Below, in pieces: positions 35,014-42,418 of a stretch of DNA of 64,000 nt (positions within the stretch are counted from its first letter, which is position 1; every line of letters begins with the position of its first letter). The translations under genes and the position numbers were made by a program. The notes below the pieces were generated by a model. It was not told the DNA's origin, did no database searches, and worked only from the letters and a program-made list of their open reading frames with translations. The DNA comes from an uncultured Phycisphaeraceae bacterium (lineage in GTDB: Bacteria > Planctomycetota > Phycisphaerae > UBA1845): the NCBI GenBank assembly GCA_964569425.1, contig CAZMVD010000004.1, forward strand, positions 12,983 to 76,982, written 5' to 3'.

Positions 35014-36513
35014 CTACGGTCGCACCACACGGTACAGGACCGGCCCGGTCGAATTCGTGTTCGTAATCCCCAACAGGTACATATGGTCGCCTTCGAACGC
35101 GATGCCCACCCAGGTGGCCACGTCTTCGTCGGGGACTTCAAACGTCTCGACGACGCGGCCGGTTCCCGGATTGATGCGGGCCACCGATCGGGTGGCCATG
35201 GTGACAAAACCCCACAAGTCAGTCCCATCGAAAGCCAGGCCGCGAACTTCGCGGTTGAAGTCGATCGCCTGATCGAGGACGTCGGGCTCGGCGTTGGAAT
35301 CGACGATCAGGAAAACGAACCGCCCGCCGTTGGCCTGGCCGAAGCCGTGCAACCACAGGCGGTTGGTGGTCGGGACAAAAGCCGCCGCGCGGATGGTGAT
35401 CTGGCGGCTGAGGTCGTTGGCGGTGTGGATGGTGTCGAACACCGTGGTGAGGTTGGAGCGAGAGATATCCGGGCTGCCGCCGCAGGCGCAGTGATGCCAG
35501 AAGTGCGGCGGGATCGCAACCGACTGGGTGGTCTGAATTAAACGACTGTTGGTCGGTGCGAGCGGAGCGATGATCGCGTCGGTCGCGAGATCAAACACCT
35601 CAATCTGGTTGTTGGTCGAGTTGTACACCAGGTCGCCATTGAACAGCACCAGGCCGGAGAAGAACGACGGTACGGGGATGTTCGTAAACAGCTCCACGAC
35701 CTGCAGCGCGCCGCAACTCACGTCTGCCGGCAGGGCATCCTCGCGCGAAAACAACGCGATGTTGCCCGCGCCGTCCGCCAGGCCCAGGAAATCGCCGTCG
35801 ATCACCACGGTGGGGAAGATGTTCGTTCGCTCGGGGTGCAAGCGCAGTGACCGTTCGCGGACGAAGTCGATGAGCAGCGTGTCGTTGTTGTAAAAGAGGT
35901 AGAGTATTCGCACGCAGTCGTTGGTCCCGGTCAATAGGTCGCGGAAGAACACGCGGCCCATGCCGCCGTCGTCCAGGACCATTCCGGTGACTTCGAGATT
36001 GGCGTCAAAGTTGGGCAGCATGATGCCGGACCGAAGCTGCCACGTGCCACGAATCGGCCCGGACGACGACGGTCCGCCGATGGTGGCGGCACGCACCGCG
36101 TGCAGTGCAAAGGGCACCGGCGTCAGCGACTGGCGCGGGCTGAGCGCCGTCAAGGGGCCGCCGGTGGGGTGCGCCACCTCGATCTGCAACCAGCGGGCGC
36201 TACCGTCGAAAGCGGCGGTGCCGAAATCCAGCAGGACGGTGAACAGGCCGTTAACCACCGTAACGGGCGGGTTCCCCGCGCTTCCATCAAAGTTGACCGG
36301 CGAGCCGATCTGAGTGCCGCCGACCGGAGCGTCCCACAGCGTGAACCGGAACCGGCAGGTGTCACTCACCGCGACGCTGTTCCACTTTAGCTGTCCTTGA
36401 TAGGAAAACGCCGTGTTGACCGGCTGCCCAGCCTCGACGACCGCGCCCACCGGCGCGAGCATGAGAGACACCCATACGATCCTCGTTACCCTTCCGGTTC
36501 GAATTGTCTTCAC
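35014..36513 (-). CDS. Secreted protein, family member P1: shared N-terminal FSYQGQL module plus a beta-propeller-like C-terminal domain, 499 aa
   Basis: GTG at 36513 has an AAGGAGAA SD and gives a signal peptide (VKTIRTGRVTRIVWVSLMLAPVGAVVEA). Module: FSYQGQLKWNSVAV...FRFTLWDAPVGGTQIG...VVNGLFTVLLDFGTAAFDGSARWLQIEV...LSPRQSLTPVPFA. The C-terminal ~350 aa are unrelated to P3. Confidence 0.7.
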   Translation of the reverse strand: MKTIRTGRVTRIVWVSLMLAPVGAVVEAGQPVNTAFSYQGQLKWNSVAVSDTCRFRFTLWDAPVGGTQIGSPVNFDGSAGNPPVTVVNGLFTVLLDFGTAAFDGSARWLQIEVAHPTGGPLTALSPRQSLTPVPFALHAVRAATIGGPSSSGPIRGTWQLRSGIMLPNFDANLEVTGMVLDDGGMGRVFFRDLLTGTNDCVRILYLFYNNDTLLIDFVRERSLRLHPERTNIFPTVVIDGDFLGLADGAGNIALFSREDALPADVSCGALQVVELFTNIPVPSFFSGLVLFNGDLVYNSTNNQIEVFDLATDAIIAPLAPTNSRLIQTTQSVAIPPHFWHHCACGGSPDISRSNLTTVFDTIHTANDLSRQITIRAAAFVPTTNRLWLHGFGQANGGRFVFLIVDSNAEPDVLDQAIDFNREVRGLAFDGTDLWGFVTMATRSVARINPGTGRVVETFEVPDEDVATWVGIAFEGDHMYLLGITNTNSTGPVLYRVVRP

Positions 36514-36598
36514 TTCCGTTCTCCTTGATGGAGGTTTACGGTCGGTCCCGCCGCAAGGGTACGAAGTTGGCTCGGGCATTCAGCAGAACCCCATGCCG

Positions 36599-36712
36599 CT
36601 ATAGCTGATCCTGGTAGGTGAACCCTGACCCTAACGGCGCATCGGCCCCGCAAACAAGGGCCACGGACGTTCCAGCGATCAAGATTCCCGGTTTTTTCTT
36701 ATGTGTTCTCAT
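36599..36712 (-). pseudogene. 37-codon 5' remnant of a family member (signal peptide plus GFTYQDQL, then TAG)
   Basis: ATG at 36712 with a GGAGA SD gives MRTHKKKPGILIAGTSVALVCGADAPLGSGFTYQDQL-stop. Its end (ADAPLGSGFTYQDQL) closely parallels P4 (ADALLGSGFTYQEQL). The codon where the paralogues have K is TAG. Confidence 0.45.
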
Positions 36713-36770
36713 CTTCTGTTTCTCCGTTACAGAACCCTTGTTCCAATCTGTAAAATCTCCGCTTTGGGCG

Positions 36771-38561
36771 CTACTTGGCACGGGCGCAGATCACCCAGGC
36801 TCTGGTTGCGCCGGGGCTATCTTCTATTCCTGAGCTGTCCTTCTCACAGTACCATCCTGTCGGCGCCCCGGAGGAGCCACCAAATGCGTTGGGAATCGGC
36901 TCCGAGTGTGAGACCCCTCGACAGCAACTGTGAGCGCTGCAGCCCCCCCCAAGGGCGACTTTGCCAGGAGGACATTGAGCGGTGCATGTCAAGCTATTGT
37001 TGCAGAATTCGGCGATGGTTTCGATGCCGATGTCCAACACGCCGCTGACGTGGGCGTCGCCGGCGACGTGCAGACCGTTCGTGGGTGGCGTCGTCACGTT
37101 GGCTCCAACCGAAACGCCGCCGGTCGAGGCCACCAGAAGCTTGGTGGCGCCACCGATCTGCACGCGCAGCGCGTGATTGCCCGAGGGGACGTTGACGTGC
37201 AGGCGGGAATTGGGTGAGGACACGCCGACGCCGACGTTGCCTCCGCCGCTGGCCAGGGTAACGTCGCCGCTGGAGTTGCTGTTGAGCCGCAGCGACACGG
37301 GACCGATCGCAAACGGCGGTACCGAATCGCGACTGTAGGCATCAATCTCGCGCCCGTCGATTTCCGTGCGATAGGACGGCCCCAGAACGGTGCCCCCGGC
37401 GGTCGTACTGCGCGAAAAGAGACCTCCCGGCCCCGGCGCGTCGGCGGCTCTGCTGGCCGAGATCGTCCCTGACGATTCAATCCCCGATCCGCTGTCGTTT
37501 CCAATGACGCGAACACGCCCCTCGAAATAGCCGGCCCAGCCGCTGCTGCCCGAGGCCTCGCCGAAGATACCCACGCCATTGCCCTCGTGGGATCCGCGGA
37601 TGCCGTAACCATTGGCGGCGGTACCGAAGTTTCGGCCCCAGACCCCAGCCGAGCGGGCACCGGGCGTGGTGCTATTGATGAATCCGCGAACACCGGCGGC
37701 GTCGTTGGATGTAGAGTTGGTTTCGCCCTGAACGCCTGGAAAGGTCCCGGATGCCGTGTGAATCCCGCGAATAGTGATCCAGTTGTTCTCGGCGTAGACC
37801 ATCGAAATGTTGTTCGGGCCGGTGATGTGCAGCCTGTGCAGTGGATCGGCTACGCCGATGCCCAACCGCCCGTCGTTGGTCAGACGCATCAGTTCATTGT
37901 CCGCGCCACTCGCTCCGGCGTGAAAGCGGACGCCACCGGTACCGCCGTCATGGTTGATGAAGACGGCCCCGTCCTGGCTGGCGTTGAGAACGAGGTTGTT
38001 GGCCGCCGAACCGCGAATCGACGGACGGGTCGGGTTGTTCACGCCGCCGCTGTAAAGATCCAGGTTGTTTCCGATACTGAGGTGCTGACGCGGCGAGGTC
38101 GTGCGAATGCCGAGTCTGCCATTGTGAAGGCTGTGAATGTCGTCGCCGTTGGCGGCCCACCATCCGTCGCCGCCGACCACCGGTGCGTTCAAGGCAAACA
38201 GCGCATAGGGCGCCGGGTTGATCGGCTGGCGGGGTTCGAGCGAAAAGTACGACCCAAAGGAATCCTTCAGCTCAATCTGAAGCCAGCGAGGATTGCCGTC
38301 GAACGCGCCAATACCGAAGTCCAGATCGACCTGGAACAAGCCGTTGACCACGTCCAACGGATCCACTTCGATCGCCGATCCGATCACGAGTCCATGGCTG
38401 GCCGTGGACCAGAGCGAGAAACGCATGGCCGTCGGCTCGCTAACCGGCACGCCCCCCTGCTTGAGCTGCCCCTGATAGGTGAACGACCTGGCCGAAACCG
38501 GCAGCTGCCAGCCCAAAGCCGTTACTAGAAAGGCCGAAAGAGTGCTGAGTTTCTTGCCCAT
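36771..38561 (-). CDS. Secreted protein, family member P3: shared N-terminal FTYQGQL module plus a tail-fibre-like repeat region and a Cys-rich C-terminal knob, 596 aa
   Basis: GGGAGGAA SD precedes the ATG at 38561. Signal peptide MGKKLSTLSAFLVTALGWQLPVSA. Module: FTYQGQLKQGGVPV...MRFSLWS...VVNGLFQVDLDFGIGAFDGNPRWLQIEL...LEPRQPINPAPYA. It has repeated G-x-(L/V)GIG-x-x-x-P-x-x-x-LH(I/V) motifs (GRLGIRTTSPRQHLSI, GRLGIGVADPLHRLHI, GNVGVGVSSPNSRLHV). The C-terminus reads CPPGKVALGGGCSAHSCC...WYC...WVIC. Confidence 0.75.
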   Translation of the reverse strand: MGKKLSTLSAFLVTALGWQLPVSARSFTYQGQLKQGGVPVSEPTAMRFSLWSTASHGLVIGSAIEVDPLDVVNGLFQVDLDFGIGAFDGNPRWLQIELKDSFGSYFSLEPRQPINPAPYALFALNAPVVGGDGWWAANGDDIHSLHNGRLGIRTTSPRQHLSIGNNLDLYSGGVNNPTRPSIRGSAANNLVLNASQDGAVFINHDGGTGGVRFHAGASGADNELMRLTNDGRLGIGVADPLHRLHITGPNNISMVYAENNWITIRGIHTASGTFPGVQGETNSTSNDAAGVRGFINSTTPGARSAGVWGRNFGTAANGYGIRGSHEGNGVGIFGEASGSSGWAGYFEGRVRVIGNDSGSGIESSGTISASRAADAPGPGGLFSRSTTAGGTVLGPSYRTEIDGREIDAYSRDSVPPFAIGPVSLRLNSNSSGDVTLASGGGNVGVGVSSPNSRLHVNVPSGNHALRVQIGGATKLLVASTGGVSVGANVTTPPTNGLHVAGDAHVSGVLDIGIETIAEFCNNSLTCTAQCPPGKVALGGGCSAHSCCRGVSHSEPIPNAFGGSSGAPTGWYCEKDSSGIEDSPGATRAWVICARAK

Positions 38562-38741
38562 AATGATTCCTCCCTCATGACCTGCCCGGCGTTACAAGAG
38601 CAACCCGCGATGAGTTGTGCGCTCTTTAGCGCAACGTGATCCTCAGAAGAGAATATGCAATCGCCAAGCAAAACCTTCAGAAAAACCCTCGGGTGCTCTT
38701 CAAATCTCCGCAGTCCGCTGGCTAGATTGATCCAGCGATTC

Positions 38742-39398
38742 CTAGTGGCGGGGTCTCCGGCACACACATTTGTCGTCCAGAAAATCAAAGTTAGTCCTAT
38801 AAATAGTCAGTTTCTCCGCGATTACAGAGTTTCTAGGGGGTACAGTCCAATTCTGTGGCGTTTCCACCCGGCGCGCCAATCTTCCGTAGCTTCCGTTGGG
38901 GCGGTCCATGTCGCGGCCCAGATTCGGAGTACCGCAGGTCCAATTGCACTTCTGACCCGAGGTGGCGATTCTGTCACGGAGGCGCTCGCCCGGTGCAGGC
39001 AGTCTTGAGTAGCGGTACGGCCCGGCGCTAAATGGATCGTGCGGGCGGCGGATGGCGATCTGGAGATAGCGGGTTGCACCGTAAGACGCGGCCGCGCCAA
39101 AGGCCAGCTCTACGGAGAACGGGCCGTTGACGACGTCGACATCGTTTATCGCCACCGGGTCGCCGACCTGATTTTCGCCGGTCCACGGCTTGCTACTGCC
39201 GGGGTTGTCACAAAGCGTGAACTCGAAGTCCGCCGAGTCGTTCAGCGGCGCGCCTTCCTGTTTGAGCTGTTCCTGGTAGGTAAATCCTGACCCCAGCAGT
39301 GCATCGGCCTCGGCCGCGGCGCCCGTGAACAATGCCGAAACGGCAAAATGAATAAGAAGTCGTTTCTGGTTCAAGGCTCCCCTCCCTTCACGGTGCAT
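38742..39398 (-). CDS. Secreted protein, family member P4: diverged N-terminal module with a short atypical C-terminus (possibly decaying)
   Basis: GFTYQEQLKQEGAPLNDSADFEFTLCD...VVNGPFSVELAFGAAASYGATRYLQIAI follows a signal peptide (LLIHFAVSALFTGAAAEA). The start is ambiguous: ATG at 39398, or TTG at 39374 which has a GGGAGG SD. The last ~80 codons run into visibly lower-GC DNA and match nothing I recognise. Confidence 0.5.
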   Translation of the reverse strand: MHREGRGALNQKRLLIHFAVSALFTGAAAEADALLGSGFTYQEQLKQEGAPLNDSADFEFTLCDNPGSSKPWTGENQVGDPVAINDVDVVNGPFSVELAFGAAASYGATRYLQIAIRRPHDPFSAGPYRYSRLPAPGERLRDRIATSGQKCNWTCGTPNLGRDMDRPNGSYGRLARRVETPQNWTVPPRNSVIAEKLTIYRTNFDFLDDKCVCRRPRH

Positions 39399-40132
39399 CA
39401 CCCACGCAGGTGTTCGCGTGGCCCGGCCCGAGCAAGTGCTGCGAGAGTCAGATTCTCTCGAAAAAAGCCGGGAAAGTCAATCAAGACCAGAAGACGAATT
39501 ACGTTCATGGACTTGCTCCCATTGCAGTGAATCACGCACTCAGGCGTCACCGTAACTGTGACGTGTCTCATTTAAGGCACTTCCCGGCGCAAGCGATCGG
39601 CCCGCTTATTTGGTGAACCGGCCGTGGAGGCGGACGCCCGAGAGTCCGTCCCGAAAGGCCGTGCACCATGTTACCAAAACGCCCGGCGGCAATGCTACTC
39701 CCCGTGCCCTTCACTTCTTGCCATAGGTCTCTGTGACGCTCGGTAGGAATCCGGGCGGCGTCCGATAACGCGAGTGTCGACCTTTGGCACTTCGCGGGGC
39801 AAGTCGCCGGGCCACTATTGCCCCGAGGCGCGAAAACTGACGCCCGTCCCGGTCTGATTCCCAACGCGGAAGCCACCTTGCAAGATCACCGAACCGACGA
39901 CGAACGTCACGAAGTCGACTTTTTTTGAAAATCTTGTTGAGATGGCTGGACCGGATTGCTAGTCTGGGGTTGTCGTCGGGCCGTCGCCGGCAGCGCCGGA
40001 TCACCAGAACACGTCGTTCTGCACTCGAAGCACAGTGCGGCAACGGGTGGTCCAAAGAGGCCTTTCATCGGCATTGGTCCTTCGCATCTCAGGATATGCC
40101 GGTGGTCTGTTCATAGCGAAGGGAAACGTACC

Positions 40133-41653
40133 ATGGATCATTGGCAAGAAGCGTACCGCAAGCAAGGACGCTCGGCTGAGTTCATCGCCCTGGTACTGGG
40201 CTTGATTCTGGCTGGATGCCATGTCGACACTGGATCGATGAACCCGGGGGACAACGACTTCCTAGGCAACGCAGTGAGCTTTCCCACCAGCGGTGATCGA
40301 ACGATCGTTTCCACGAGCGCCCAAGAAGGCGATCTGATCGTGTTCGGCGACCAGGCGACCGCGGTCGTAAACCGGATGCGGATGAGCCACCCGGAATTTG
40401 TCCTTGACGTTCATTTTGACGCCGCAGCCCGGCCCATTGCCGCTGAACTCGATGGGCTTGTGGTAGAGTTTACGCATCACGATGACGGCACGTTTGACTA
40501 CATCCTGTCAGAAGACGGCGCGGAGATCAGTTCCGGCCACGATCTGGCGCTGCCATCGGTAGGCGCAGCGCTTTCGTCCGTTGACCGACGGGCAAAGTCG
40601 CTGGCGACGTACCAGGATAGTTCGCTGGACCTGTTGTTGTGCGCGGGAGATCGAGTCAACAGGGTCGCACGCGAGGAGTGCGGCCGAAGGGGGCAACTTG
40701 TTTCCGGGGACGATTTCGACCTGGCTTTGCAAATGCGCGCCGACCGCCAGATGGTCAGCGGTGGTTTACTCCTTTGCGCCCTTGGCCGTGTGGGAGCCAG
40801 AATAGACCAGGATGCGTCGGCCCATTGCGGTAATTGCGCTCAAATCTCCAGTTCCTGCTGCGACCGGATTGATAGCGCCAGGACCGCATTGCTCGCCATT
40901 GTTGTGCTGGTCGAGTACATCATGGGTGAAGCCGCAGCCGGCCTGTTCGACACGAACACGAGCGGCGACCCGTGTCAACCACCTGAGGCATCGCCTCCGC
41001 CGCCTCCGCCTCCTCCCCCACCACCGCGACCCGAGCCGACCACCGATTGCTCCGACGATCGGTGCTTTTACTGCTGGGTCGGCACGCGCTACGAAGGTGC
41101 CTGTCCATCGGTCTTTGACGGCGACGGAACATGCGACTGCGGTTGCCAATTCGATGATAGCGACTGCGCGACCGCTGACGACGAACCACCGGGGGACGAC
41201 GAGCCCGGCGATGATGAACCGCCACCGGCCGTGGGGATGGCCTCGGCCGCGGTCTGTCCCGAGGGGTTCACCATCAACGTCAGCGGAGACCATGTGCCGG
41301 CGCTGCGTGAGGTGGTGTTTCATTCTTTTTTGGAGGATATGCCGTTCTTCGCGCGCTGTTTTTATGTGCGCCGCGACGGTGTCAACCCAGACCGGCTGAT
41401 CGACCTTTCATTGTGGTACCGCCCGCCCAGCGCCGGCACGCCGCACGGCGACTGCGGAAGACGTGACGAGGGAGAGATTGTCACCGGCATCAGCGGTTGC
41501 CGGGAGCGGCGGAGCACGCAACGGACCATTACGGCGGTCTACTGCCTGTCTACGCCAATCGTCGACGGCAACGCCGAGCCCGCGACCGATGCCGTTCTTG
41601 ATGAACTCGTCAGCAACGCCGTGCAGGCCGGCGTCGGCGCCGCGTGCCCATAG
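40133..41653 (+). CDS. Lipoprotein of unknown function with an 11-Pro run and a Cys/Asp-rich segment, 506 aa
   Basis: ATG at 40133 gives a lipobox (LGLILAGC). The internal run is EASPPPPPPPPPPPRPEP. Next comes DCSDDRCFYCWVGTRYEGACPSVFDGDGTCDCGCQFDDSDC and an acidic DDEPPGDDEPGDDEPP linker. Confidence 0.6.
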   Translation: MDHWQEAYRKQGRSAEFIALVLGLILAGCHVDTGSMNPGDNDFLGNAVSFPTSGDRTIVSTSAQEGDLIVFGDQATAVVNRMRMSHPEFVLDVHFDAAARPIAAELDGLVVEFTHHDDGTFDYILSEDGAEISSGHDLALPSVGAALSSVDRRAKSLATYQDSSLDLLLCAGDRVNRVAREECGRRGQLVSGDDFDLALQMRADRQMVSGGLLLCALGRVGARIDQDASAHCGNCAQISSSCCDRIDSARTALLAIVVLVEYIMGEAAAGLFDTNTSGDPCQPPEASPPPPPPPPPPPRPEPTTDCSDDRCFYCWVGTRYEGACPSVFDGDGTCDCGCQFDDSDCATADDEPPGDDEPGDDEPPPAVGMASAAVCPEGFTINVSGDHVPALREVVFHSFLEDMPFFARCFYVRRDGVNPDRLIDLSLWYRPPSAGTPHGDCGRRDEGEIVTGISGCRERRSTQRTITAVYCLSTPIVDGNAEPATDAVLDELVSNAVQAGVGAACP

Positions 41654-41758
41654 TCACAACGAGGTTACCATCGAGACGGACAACGCTGCGCCCGAGATTC
41701 CGGACTTCGCGGGCCGCGAATTCCCGCACCACCAAAGGCGCGGGCCGGGAACATCGAT

Positions 41759-42358
41759 TCAGCGGGATTCGGCCGTGTGCAGTCCCAACCGCCGGCTGAG
41801 CCGCTCATAGAATTGCAGCGCCACGGCCTGCTCGGCTTTTACGACGTCGTCGGCCCCGAGCTGCGCCGCGTGCATGCCCTTCGAGGAGTAGTTGGTGCGC
41901 GCGATTATGTAGATTTCCGGGTGCAGCCGCCGTGCTACACCGATTGCTTTCAGTACGGCCTCTTCATCGGGAATGGTCAGCGCCAACATACCCGCCGAAT
42001 TCAGCCCCGCCGACACCAGAACCTCGCTCTGCGACGCATCGCCCTGGACGATCGTGCGCCCCAGCGCACGCTGGGTTTCTACCGTCACGGCGTTCTGCTC
42101 GATGATGGTGTAGGGAATGTGCAGACCGGTGAGCAGGTCGACGACGCAACGACCGGCCAGCCCAAAGCCGGCCACAATGACGTGGCCTTTCAATCGGCCG
42201 TCGAGCGCATCCGATGGGATCGGAGAGACGAGCAACTTGGTGCCGTCCGGCCAGTCGACGGGGCCCTCCAGGTCGATTCGTCCGTCCACACAAGTTGCCA
42301 CGCGCGACGAAGCTGCGGCAGGCAGGGCTGCGTTCCCGTGGACAGGTGGCGTGGGCAT
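41759..42358 (-). CDS. TrkA-N/RCK NAD-binding domain protein with a short N-terminal extension, 199 aa
   Basis: Rossmann GxGxxG reads VIVAGFGLAGRCVV, followed by ...IVQGDASQSEVLVSAGLNSAGMLALTIPDEE...IIARTN. ATG at 42358 has a GGGAGGGA SD. The track ORF opens earlier at a TTG (42409). No channel or transporter gene is adjacent. Confidence 0.75.
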   Translation of the reverse strand: MPTPPVHGNAALPAAASSRVATCVDGRIDLEGPVDWPDGTKLLVSPIPSDALDGRLKGHVIVAGFGLAGRCVVDLLTGLHIPYTIIEQNAVTVETQRALGRTIVQGDASQSEVLVSAGLNSAGMLALTIPDEEAVLKAIGVARRLHPEIYIIARTNYSSKGMHAAQLGADDVVKAEQAVALQFYERLSRRLGLHTAESR

Positions 42359-42418
42359 GCCGCGTGATCCCTCCCGTTCTCGCGGTTCGCCTCGTGCGCC
42401 GATCGACAACCGCTCACG

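Noticed and set aside
33738-35228. 496-aa minus-strand ORF spanning moxR and the small dockerin protein region
   Set aside because: It is antisense to the MoxR ATPase for most of its length. The translation is Arg/Gly/Pro-rich without motifs. The real minus-strand gene here is the separate 34481-34912 frame.
34481-39398. Diversity-generating retroelement or shufflon driving the head-swap family
   Set aside because: There is no reverse transcriptase, no template/variable repeat pair and no site-specific recombinase or inverted repeats. All copies are in the same orientation. Only homologous recombination at the shared 5' module remains plausible.
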